From NCBI GenBank assembly GCA_033549025.1, contig JAWSUS010000001.1:325689-389688 (forward strand): a stretch of 64,000 bases of DNA. Reading direction: 5' to 3'. The notes below the pieces were generated by a model. It was not told the origin of the DNA and did not search any database. It worked only from the letters and a program-made list of their open reading frames with translations. Below, piece after piece: positions 43,297 to 51,748 of this stretch. Position 1 is the stretch's first letter. Every line of letters begins with the position of its first letter. Origin of the DNA: Desulfuromonadales bacterium. Its GTDB lineage: Bacteria > Desulfobacterota > Desulfuromonadia > Desulfuromonadales > SZUA-540. The position numbers and the translations under genes were made by a program.

Positions 43297-46059
43297 ATGA
43301 TGGCCAAAACCCCGACAATGAAATCCGTTGAATCGCTCACCCACGACGAAGCGACCCGCAAAAATATCCCCACCGCCGAACATCAGTCGATCATGCACGA
43401 ATCTGACAAGACGCCGATCCGGGTCGCCTACGAGCGCCGTAACCGCGATCTCGACCCTCAGTTGGTGTGGCGAGGCAAGGATGAGCAGGACTGGTCTGAT
43501 CTGGTCGTGCAGGCGCCACCGCTCTATATCCAGGAGAAGGTCCACCCCAAGGTGCTGATCGACGATTTACTGCGCCGCACCGAGGTTGAGACCAAGGCCG
43601 ACGCGGATCAGTTTGACCTGTTTGCCGATTTCAACGGTTTGCCCAATGAGGCGGCCAAGACCGAGTTTTATCAGCATGATGCCCATTGGGCCAACCGGAT
43701 GATCCTAGGTGACAGCTTGCAGGTGATGGCGTCGCTGGCCGAGCGAGAGGGGTTGCGGGGCAAGGTGCAGTGCATCTACTTCGACCCGCCCTATGGCATC
43801 AAGTTCAACTCCAATTTTCAGTGGTCCACCACCAGTCGCGATGTCAAGGATGGCAAGGCCGATCATATAACCCGCGAGCCGGAGCAGGTGAAGGCATTTC
43901 GCGATACCTGGCGCGACGGAATTCATTCGTATCTCACCTATCTGCGAGATCGCTTGACCGTGTCGCGGGATTTGTTGGCCGATTCGGGGTCGATCTTTGT
44001 GCAGATTGGGGATGAGAATGTGCACAGAGTGAGAGCAATGATGGATGAAGTTTTTGGTGAGAAAAACTTCGTAAGTGAAATTACAACTAGCAAAACATCA
44101 GGGTTTACAAGTTCTCTAATCTCTAATGTCAACGACTTTGTTCTTTGGTACTCAAAGAAGAATGATTCTGTTAAATACCGGCAAATCTACTCGGAAAAAA
44201 CAGCAGGCGAGGCTGGTGGCACAAAGTATAAACCCGTTTCTTCATATTCATCATTGTCTAACTATTGTTTAAATCCTGAAGATCTTGTCGTTGATAGTGA
44301 AACAACCTCTGAAGGATCGCAATCTGAGGATGATTTACCTAAGTTTTTATTCCAAGGTAAATCCTATAGTCCTCCCAGTACGAGACATTGGACTGTGAAA
44401 ATTGACAGTCTGTACAGAGTCGATAAAGCTGGCAGAATGATGCCATCTAAAACAAGACCACGATATATAAGGAAGTTAAACGATTTCAGTGTTATCCCTA
44501 TGTCAAATATATGGACAGATATTGGAGGAATACAAAGTCGAACCGATCCAAAAATTTATGTTGTCCAGTCTGCAACAGAATTAATAAAGCGTTGTGTACT
44601 TATGACCACAGACCCCGGCGATCTTGTCCTCGACCCTACCTGCGGGTCAGGATCTACTGCCTATGTTGCCGAACAATGGGGCCGCCGCTGGATCACCATC
44701 GACACCTCCCGTGTTTCCCTGGCGCTGGCGCGTGCCCGCATCATGGGTGCTCGCTATCCCTATTATTTCCTCACCGACAGCCCCGAAGGACAACAGAAAG
44801 AAGCCGAAGTCACGCGATCCGTGCCTTCCACACAGCCGGCCAATGGCAATATCCGTCACGGTTTCGTCTATGAACGGGTGCCACACATCACCCTGAAATC
44901 GATCGCCAATAACACCGAGATCGATGTCATCTGGGACAGGTTTCAGGAAAAGCTCGAACCCCTGCGGGAGCAGCTCAACCAGAGCCTGGGCAAGAACTGG
45001 CAGGAATGGGAAATGCCCCGCGAGGTGGAAGCCAAATGGTCGGACGCGGCCAAAAAGCTGCACGCCGATTGGTGGAGTGCGCGCATCGACCGGCAGAAGG
45101 AGATCGATGCCTCCATAGCCGCAAAGGCCGAGCATGAATACCTCTACGACAAACCCTACGAGGACAAAAAGAAGGTTCGCGTTGCCGGGCCATTCACAGT
45201 AGAGAGCCTCTCGCCGCATCGGGTTTTGACCGTCGGTGCCGATGACGAGCTGATTGATACGGTGGCCGAGGCCAAGGATGGGTATGGGCAGGAGCGGGAT
45301 TTTGTCCAGATGATCCTGGAAAACCTGAAAACCGCCGGTGTGCAGCAGACCCACAAGGAAGACAAGATCAACTTCACTGCTCTCACCCCCTGGCCGGGTG
45401 ACCTGATCTGCGCCGAGGGCCGGTTTGAGGATGCCGGTGGCGAAAAACGCGCCGCTATTTTTATCGGTCCCGAGTTCGGCACCGTCTCCCGTCCCGACCT
45501 GGTCTCCGCCGCCCGCGAAGCGGGAGATGCAGGGTTCGACGTGCTTATCGCCTGCGCCTTCAACTACGACGCCCACTCCTCCGAATTCGACAAACTCGGC
45601 CGCATCCCGGTCCTCAAAGCCCGCATGAACGCCGACCTGCACATGGCCGACGACCTCAAAAACACCGGCAAAGGCAACCTGTTCGTCATCTTCGGCGAGC
45701 CGGATATCGACATCATCGATGCTGAAGACGGCCAAGTACAGGTCAAAGTCAACGGCGTAGACGTCTTCCATCCCAATACCGGCGAGGTTCGCTCCGACGG
45801 CGCCGAAGGTATCGCCTGCTGGTTCATCGACACCGACTACAACGAAGAAAGCTTCTTCGTTCGTCATGCCTACTTCCTGGGAGCGAATGATCCTTATAAA
45901 GCGCTGAAGACAACTCTCAAGGCCGAAATCAACCAGGATGCCTGGGATACGCTCAACAGTGATACGTCACGGCCGTTTGATAAGCCTTCAACGGGGCGGA
46001 TTGCGGTGAAGGTTATCAATCATTTGGGGGATGAAGTGATGAAGGTGTTTAGGGTATGA
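43297..46059 (+). CDS. Type III Mod-like beta-class amino-DNA methyltransferase with long C-terminal extension
   Basis: NRMILGDSL; DPPY (motif IV) precedes LDPTCGSGST (motif I); low-GC target-recognition segment between them. Confidence 0.92.
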   Translation: MMAKTPTMKSVESLTHDEATRKNIPTAEHQSIMHESDKTPIRVAYERRNRDLDPQLVWRGKDEQDWSDLVVQAPPLYIQEKVHPKVLIDDLLRRTEVETKADADQFDLFADFNGLPNEAAKTEFYQHDAHWANRMILGDSLQVMASLAEREGLRGKVQCIYFDPPYGIKFNSNFQWSTTSRDVKDGKADHITREPEQVKAFRDTWRDGIHSYLTYLRDRLTVSRDLLADSGSIFVQIGDENVHRVRAMMDEVFGEKNFVSEITTSKTSGFTSSLISNVNDFVLWYSKKNDSVKYRQIYSEKTAGEAGGTKYKPVSSYSSLSNYCLNPEDLVVDSETTSEGSQSEDDLPKFLFQGKSYSPPSTRHWTVKIDSLYRVDKAGRMMPSKTRPRYIRKLNDFSVIPMSNIWTDIGGIQSRTDPKIYVVQSATELIKRCVLMTTDPGDLVLDPTCGSGSTAYVAEQWGRRWITIDTSRVSLALARARIMGARYPYYFLTDSPEGQQKEAEVTRSVPSTQPANGNIRHGFVYERVPHITLKSIANNTEIDVIWDRFQEKLEPLREQLNQSLGKNWQEWEMPREVEAKWSDAAKKLHADWWSARIDRQKEIDASIAAKAEHEYLYDKPYEDKKKVRVAGPFTVESLSPHRVLTVGADDELIDTVAEAKDGYGQERDFVQMILENLKTAGVQQTHKEDKINFTALTPWPGDLICAEGRFEDAGGEKRAAIFIGPEFGTVSRPDLVSAAREAGDAGFDVLIACAFNYDAHSSEFDKLGRIPVLKARMNADLHMADDLKNTGKGNLFVIFGEPDIDIIDAEDGQVQVKVNGVDVFHPNTGEVRSDGAEGIACWFIDTDYNEESFFVRHAYFLGANDPYKALKTTLKAEINQDAWDTLNSDTSRPFDKPSTGRIAVKVINHLGDEVMKVFRV

Positions 46060-46090
46060 TTCCACGAATAAGGTTGGGCGTTATTTGGTC

Positions 46091-47071
46091 ATGAAATATG
46101 CATATGAAGATTTAAGTGATGGGCAGTTCGAGAACCTAATAGTGTTCTTGTGCCAGCGTCTGCTTGGGATTGCTGTTCAGGGGTTTGCCAAGGGGCCTGA
46201 TGGTGGCCGCGACGCCAAATTTGTGGGAACAGCCGAACTCTTTCCGAGCACCGCTGCCCCGTGGATGGGAACGACCATTATCCAAGCCAAGCATACCAAT
46301 GGTTACAACCGTAATTTTTCGGAATCAGACTTCTTCAGCACGACGGCAGCGAATACTGTGCTCGGCAAAGAGATTCCACGCATCAAGAACTTGCGCGAGT
46401 CTAAGCAACTCGACCACTACATGCTTTTCGCCAATCGACGATTGGCTGGCAACGCTGAAAGCGAGATACGCAATCACATTGCAACAAAGTGTAGCATTTC
46501 CGCCTCGTCGATTTACTTGTGCGGTCTGGAGGAGTTGGAAAGATGGATGAAGCGGTTCCCGGATGTTGCGAAGGATGCTGACCTTGATCCGGTCGATTCG
46601 CCGCTGATCGTAAGTCCTGACGATCTTGCTGAAGTTGTGCAGGTGCTAGCCCGACAAAAAGAGAATATATCGGTTCTGCTTGATGATCCTCCGACTGTGC
46701 GCGTGTCTTATGAGCAAAAAAATACGTTGAACAACATGAGCGCCGAATATGCTAAGGCGCAGCGCAAAAGATACCTCAAAGAAACATCACAAATTCGGAC
46801 ATTTCTGGCGGCTCCGGAAAACATTGAACTGCTACACATGTACGAATCGGTGGTCGATGAATTTCAGCTGAAAATTATCGCCAAACGCAAGAACTACCAG
46901 ACGTTCGACGAAGTAATGGAGTATTTGGTCGACCTGTTGTTCAATCGCGATCCCGTCTTGCGGCAACACGCTCATAAGCGACTGACTCGCGCGGTACTGT
47001 TCTATATGTATTGGAATTGTGACATAGGAGAGTTGGGCGATGCTACGACCGACAAAGCACTCTCATCCTGA
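46091..47071 (+). CDS. Lamassu/ABC-3C effector (LmuA-like) with Mrr-like nuclease domain
   Basis: LSDGQFENL...GPDGGRD...IIQAKH (D-D-QxK); C-terminal LFYMYWNCDIG typical of ABC-3C effector C-terminal domains. Confidence 0.82.
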   Translation: MKYAYEDLSDGQFENLIVFLCQRLLGIAVQGFAKGPDGGRDAKFVGTAELFPSTAAPWMGTTIIQAKHTNGYNRNFSESDFFSTTAANTVLGKEIPRIKNLRESKQLDHYMLFANRRLAGNAESEIRNHIATKCSISASSIYLCGLEELERWMKRFPDVAKDADLDPVDSPLIVSPDDLAEVVQVLARQKENISVLLDDPPTVRVSYEQKNTLNNMSAEYAKAQRKRYLKETSQIRTFLAAPENIELLHMYESVVDEFQLKIIAKRKNYQTFDEVMEYLVDLLFNRDPVLRQHAHKRLTRAVLFYMYWNCDIGELGDATTDKALSS

Positions 47072-47288
47072 CCGCACCGTCATCAACGTGTCTGTACTGC
47101 TGTTGTCGCGGCTCAAGACGCGCCGAGTGGATGATTACGACAGCTTGCACAAATTTGCGAAAAAGTCCGTAATTGGCGGTGATGTGCTGTTCTTGCCAGC
47201 GCTGAATTTTCTCTATCTGCTGGGCCTGATTGACTATCGCCCCAAGACCGATGCTGTAGAATATGTGGGGCCAAATGAAGCTATCTAA
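47040..47288 (+). CDS. Lamassu/ABC-3C middle component (LmuC-like)
   Basis: 82 aa; MLRPTKHSHP...ALNFLYLLGLIDY; overlaps both neighbours. Confidence 0.8.
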   Translation: MLRPTKHSHPDRTVINVSVLLLSRLKTRRVDDYDSLHKFAKKSVIGGDVLFLPALNFLYLLGLIDYRPKTDAVEYVGPNEAI

Positions 47289-49068
47289 ACTGTATTCAAA
47301 CAAGTCGGATTTATTCGAGCCCGTGGAATTTGTCCAGGATCTGAACGTCGTCATGGCAGAAATCCGCCTGCCGGAGAACCGTCAAAAGGATACCCACAAC
47401 CTCGGCAAGACGACGCTGGGCCGGCTACTAGACTTCGGCTTCCTGGCTGGGCGCGATGCTAAGTTCTTTCTCTTCAAACACTTCGATATTTTCAAAGACT
47501 TCGTTTTCTTTCTGGAAATTGAACTTGAGGATGCGTCGTTCGTGACAGTGAGACGTAGCGTCCAGGAGGCCACGAAAATCAGCTTTAAGCGGCATGAGGC
47601 TGGACATCAAGACTTCTCGGAATTGCCTCTCAATGGCTGGGACCATCAGGATGTGCCGTTTGACCGCGCTCGCGATCTGCTAGATGGTCTGCTTGATTGG
47701 CGTGCACTAAAGCCTTGGTCGTACCGGAAAGGTCTGGGCTATTTGCTACGTTCGCAGGAAGACTTCCGCGAAGTGTTCCACCTGCGCAAGTTTGCATCCA
47801 AGCACGCCGACTGGAAGCCGTTTCTTGCACATATGCTGGGTTTCAATGCGCAATTGGTCGCCCAACACTATGAAAAAGAAGCCGAATTATCCAAGAAACA
47901 GGAAACTGCGCAGACCATCAAAAACGAGTTGGGGGGGTCCATCGAGGACATCAGCAAGATCGAAGGTATTTTGTTGCTTAAGCAGAAAGATGCTGAAAAA
48001 AAACAAAAACTTCTCGACGCATTCGATTTCCGGACTCAAGACAAGGACCGCACTAAACAGTTGATCGATGATATCGACGAGCGCATCGCATCGCTCAACT
48101 CTGAGCGTTATTCGCTGAACCAGATCAAGAAGAAAATTTTGACCTCGCTAGAAGAAGACCAAATATTGTTCAATCCTGACGAGGCACAGCGAATTTTCGA
48201 GGACGCGGGTGTCCTCTTCAAAGGGCAGATTAAGAAGGACTTCCAGCAGTTAATTGCCTTCAATCGGGCGATAACCGATGAGCGCCGCGGCTACCTGCAG
48301 GAAGAGAGAGCGGAAGTCGAAGCTGAACTAAAGAGAGTCAACGCGGAACTAAACTTGTTGGGTAAGAAGCGCTCTGACATGCTCTCGTTTCTGAGTTCAA
48401 CCGACGTCTTCGGTAAATATAAGCAGGTTTCCGATGAGATGGTGACGTTACGCGCTGACATCACGTCCTTGGAGCGCCAGCGAGGTTTCCTGCATCGCTT
48501 GCAGGAGCTAAGGAAAGAAATTCGGGAGTTGATTGAAGTACGCAGTCATCTGCAGGCACAGATTGAGGCAGACGTAGAAAAACAGAACTCTGTTCAGGAT
48601 AGTCTGTTTTCAGCGATACGGTTGTTTTTCAGCGAGATCGTTGAAGAGGTAATTGACCGTAAGGCTTTGCTTAGCGTCTCACCAAACCAAGTCGGAAATT
48701 TGGAATTCAAAGCAGAAATTTTGGACGAATCGGGCAATTCCACCAGTGCTGATCTTGGCCACACCTATCGCAAACTGCTTTGCATTGCCTTCGATCTCGC
48801 GGTGCTACGAGCTCATCTCGATGATAAATTTCCACGTTTTGTCTATCACGACGGTGTGTTCGAATCCTTGGATGATCGAAAGAAGGAAAATCTTCTTTCA
48901 GTCATTCGCCGATATGCCGATTTTGGCTTGCAACCCGTCATCACGCTGATCGATTCAGACCTTCCTCCTCGAACTGATAGCGTACCGGTGTTTATCGATA
49001 ACGAGATTATCTTGAAGCTTCATGATGAGAACGAACAAGGACGTTTATTTAAAACTAGAACATGGTAA
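47275..49068 (+). CDS. Lamassu SMC-like ABC ATPase (LmuB/DUF2326-like)
   Basis: Walker A-like THNLGKTT, central coiled coil, GHTYRKLLCIAFDL, FVYHDGVFESLD Walker B/D-loop. Confidence 0.85.
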   Translation: MKLSKLYSNKSDLFEPVEFVQDLNVVMAEIRLPENRQKDTHNLGKTTLGRLLDFGFLAGRDAKFFLFKHFDIFKDFVFFLEIELEDASFVTVRRSVQEATKISFKRHEAGHQDFSELPLNGWDHQDVPFDRARDLLDGLLDWRALKPWSYRKGLGYLLRSQEDFREVFHLRKFASKHADWKPFLAHMLGFNAQLVAQHYEKEAELSKKQETAQTIKNELGGSIEDISKIEGILLLKQKDAEKKQKLLDAFDFRTQDKDRTKQLIDDIDERIASLNSERYSLNQIKKKILTSLEEDQILFNPDEAQRIFEDAGVLFKGQIKKDFQQLIAFNRAITDERRGYLQEERAEVEAELKRVNAELNLLGKKRSDMLSFLSSTDVFGKYKQVSDEMVTLRADITSLERQRGFLHRLQELRKEIRELIEVRSHLQAQIEADVEKQNSVQDSLFSAIRLFFSEIVEEVIDRKALLSVSPNQVGNLEFKAEILDESGNSTSADLGHTYRKLLCIAFDLAVLRAHLDDKFPRFVYHDGVFESLDDRKKENLLSVIRRYADFGLQPVITLIDSDLPPRTDSVPVFIDNEIILKLHDENEQGRLFKTRTW

Positions 49069-49085
49069 GGGAGTGGCATAAAACT

Positions 49086-49357
49086 GTGAACCTCCGCATC
49101 GCCGACACCTTCACCGACAGCCTCGCCAAACTGAACGGAGACGAGCAAAAGGCCGTGAAAACCACGGCCTTCGATCTGCAACTGAACCCGGCCAACCCCG
49201 GCATGAGCTTCCACAAACTCGACAAGGCCAAGCAATCCCTCGCCGATTTGGTCACCGCCGCCCGTGAAGTGGAAGACGCCGGTTTCGACATGCCGGACGA
49301 ATTGCGGTGAAGGTGATCAATCAGTTGGGGAATGTAGTGATGAAGGTGTTTCGGGTT
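49086..49357 (+). pseudogene. Chimeric relic: 5' end of the RelE-UvrD gene, internal mod fragment, mod 3' end
   Basis: 49086-49229 matches 51749-51892; 49236-49292 (SLADLVTAAREVEDAGFDM) matches mod 45487-45543 (SRPDLVSAAREAGDAGFDV); 49292-49357 (AGRIAVKVINQLGNVVMKVFRV, other frame) matches mod 45991-46056. Confidence 0.92.
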
Positions 49358-49375
49358 TACTTCGCAAGCAGCCCC

Positions 49376-49421
49376 TTGCAAAAGTGTAAAGTCAAGTGTA
49401 AAGTGTAAACCAGGCTGTAAA
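49376..49421 (+). promoter_or_regulatory. Putative promoter with four TGTAAA repeats
   Basis: TTGCAA (49376-49381)-N17-TAAAGT (49399-49404); TGTAAA at 49385, 49397, 49404, 49416. Confidence 0.6.
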
Positions 49422-49444
49422 CTTTTGCGAGCGAGGGAATCTTT

Positions 49445-50242
49445 ATGGGCAAGAAAATGAGTAATGCGCCTGTCTACTTTACTGTGGTTCAGGTTCGCTT
49501 CAATCCGGTCCTCAATTTGGACAATTATTTGACAAGCATTCAGGAGCAGATGCGGGCGGCGCATTTTCCTGATTTTAAGCGGGAAACAATACAGCAGCTT
49601 GTTATGCAGTTTGCCCCCGCCGCCGAAGGTGGGCAGTCCCCAGTGCCTTCATTCTCTCCCAGGGCACGTTGTGTCTTCGGGGATATTAATCAGACGACAG
49701 AGTTTATTCTGGAACATAATGCATTGGCGCTACAGACTGTCAACTATGATACTTCAGGCTCCTTCTTTGAAACTTTTTTAAAGGGAATGGAAATAGTAAA
49801 TAATGTTTTGAAGCTTGATTTTATTGAACGAATTGGTTTGCGCTATTTGGATGCTGTTATTCCAAGAGCTGACAAATCACTTGCCGACTATCTTATCCCC
49901 GAAGTTTTGGGACTGTCGCACACACTTGATGGGCAGTTAGCTCACTCATTCACTGAAACAGTGACGATGCCCCCAGGTGGCGCCCAATTAGTGTCGCGGA
50001 TTATCGTTCAAAACGGCAAGGTTGGATTGCCCCCGGAAATAGCGCCACTAGCGCCTAAGATTAAATTGAAGTTTACTGAACCAGAAGGCCGTCACGCCAT
50101 CCTAGATACGGATGCTTTTTACCAGAAAAGAGAGGTTTTTATGTTGGATGTGATTGGTTCAAAACTTTCGGATCTTCATACTGAAATTGAGAAATCATTT
50201 AAAGCAACTGTAACGAATTTTGCTCTGGATGAATGGAAATAA
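49445..50242 (+). CDS. TIGR04255-like protein, function unknown
   Basis: NAPVYFTVVQVRF N-terminus, ERIGLRYLD, ILDTD and LH near the C-terminus fit the family pattern as I recall it. Confidence 0.78.
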   Translation: MGKKMSNAPVYFTVVQVRFNPVLNLDNYLTSIQEQMRAAHFPDFKRETIQQLVMQFAPAAEGGQSPVPSFSPRARCVFGDINQTTEFILEHNALALQTVNYDTSGSFFETFLKGMEIVNNVLKLDFIERIGLRYLDAVIPRADKSLADYLIPEVLGLSHTLDGQLAHSFTETVTMPPGGAQLVSRIIVQNGKVGLPPEIAPLAPKIKLKFTEPEGRHAILDTDAFYQKREVFMLDVIGSKLSDLHTEIEKSFKATVTNFALDEWK

Positions 50243-50256
50243 CGAGGAGAACTTGG

Positions 50257-50904
50257 ATGACTGTCGCTTATCCTGATCGGGGTGGCTGGTTTGCCGATTG
50301 TCAGAGTCAAACCGGTGCTGCTTCATCTTTGGTCAATATCTCAAAATATTTCATTGCGGCTGGCCTAGTTGCAGGCCTAGGCACAGGTCCCGCAGTAAAT
50401 GATCTGGAGCGGTTGAGGCAGCTTCAAGTTGGGGACGTTGTTTTGTCAAGTCCTCTGGATCATTACGTTGTAGAGGCAAAGGCTTTACGGACGCCTGCGG
50501 AGGATGTGGAGAAAATCCGTGAGATTCTTTCTCCTGCCATGTCCAATATCGCAAAAATGCTCGGCGTATCAAGGCAGACAATTTACAATTGGTCAAACGG
50601 TGAATTGCCCACCACAGAACATGCCGCCAAATTGCAAGATATTGCTATTGCCGCCGATATTTTGAGTGCATCTGGGATTGTACCCAATGGCTTACTTCTG
50701 AAACGCAAACTGGTCGATGGGAGGAATCTGTACGACCTGATCGCCGCAGGCCGCTCTGCCCAGGATTCAGTCCAGCGACTTGTACAAATCGTTAAAAGGG
50801 AGTCTGCTCAGAAAGAGATGCTTTCTTCACGCTTTTCCGGCCGGACTAAATCTACTGAATCAGCAGATTCTGATATTATCACCGAAAATGATAAGGTCCT
50901 GTAA
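50257..50904 (+). CDS. Xre-type HTH protein with extended N-terminus
   Basis: GAGGAG RBS before ATG 50257; MSNIAKMLGVSRQTIYNWSNGE HTH. Confidence 0.75.
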   Translation: MTVAYPDRGGWFADCQSQTGAASSLVNISKYFIAAGLVAGLGTGPAVNDLERLRQLQVGDVVLSSPLDHYVVEAKALRTPAEDVEKIREILSPAMSNIAKMLGVSRQTIYNWSNGELPTTEHAAKLQDIAIAADILSASGIVPNGLLLKRKLVDGRNLYDLIAAGRSAQDSVQRLVQIVKRESAQKEMLSSRFSGRTKSTESADSDIITENDKVL

Positions 50905-50909
50905 TTGTT

Positions 50910-51746
50910 ATGCCGGAGTGGTCGAGAAATACAGCATGGCGACAAGGGCAGTTGCTTTCCGATTACGCCGCATCTGCAATTGGTCTGTTACATCCTGAAT
51001 CCCCGGACGACACTCTGGTTATTATCGCAACACATCCATGTGACCTTACCCAGCTCCCCGACAAAGAGCCTCATGTCGAAGTTGTCGTCGGCCGTCGAAT
51101 TGATCAGCTCGATGGCAATCATACCCATGCAAAATCATCAAGAACGATTCATGTAAAGTTTGAAGGCGACGAGCCTTTATTGGCTGAATTTGTAGTGACA
51201 GAAAAACAATATGTCACCAAGGCCGTTTTGGCCAAATTTGAGCCTGAAACGCGCTTTCACCTTTCTCCAACAAGCCTCAACACATTTCAAATCTGGCTGG
51301 CCTCCCGATATCGTCGATCTGCTTTCCCTGATGAATTTGAGCGGAGGATGAAGATTTCGAAGCTCGACAGTAAAATATCGAAAATAATAAAACCGCTCGG
51401 AGAAATGATTACGGCAGTCTTTTTCGATGTTGATGAAGGGCGGGAAATCTCAAAGTCTGGACCTGATGACGTTTATTTACTCGATATTTTTATGTTGTAT
51501 GCAGTCGAACCGGACGTTGATGCCGCAGAAACCGCTGCGCTGAAGGCTGTGGCAGAAATCAAGCAGGCTTTCAAGGGAAGGCTATTTGATGCGGCTACTG
51601 GAACTTGGAAGAACATCGAACTTCGATATGTTGACGCAATTTCGGAGGATGCTTTGACTTATCGGGATTCACAACTGCTGAAAAAATGGCGACTGGATCA
51701 CATTAGTCTTGGCGCCGATCCTCAGCAGCCCGTACTGGCTGAATAG
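50910..51746 (+). CDS. Hypothetical protein (WRQG...ATHPCDL...WLASRYRRSAFPD)
   Basis: 278-aa ORF, 5 nt after the HTH gene and 2 nt before the next gene. Confidence 0.75.
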   Translation: MPEWSRNTAWRQGQLLSDYAASAIGLLHPESPDDTLVIIATHPCDLTQLPDKEPHVEVVVGRRIDQLDGNHTHAKSSRTIHVKFEGDEPLLAEFVVTEKQYVTKAVLAKFEPETRFHLSPTSLNTFQIWLASRYRRSAFPDEFERRMKISKLDSKISKIIKPLGEMITAVFFDVDEGREISKSGPDDVYLLDIFMLYAVEPDVDAAETAALKAVAEIKQAFKGRLFDAATGTWKNIELRYVDAISEDALTYRDSQLLKKWRLDHISLGADPQQPVLAE

Positions 51747-51748
51747 TC

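Noticed and set aside
49062..49310. 82-aa ORF as a real small gene
   Set aside because: It is a fusion of uvrD and mod fragments and is annotated as a relic; expression cannot be excluded.
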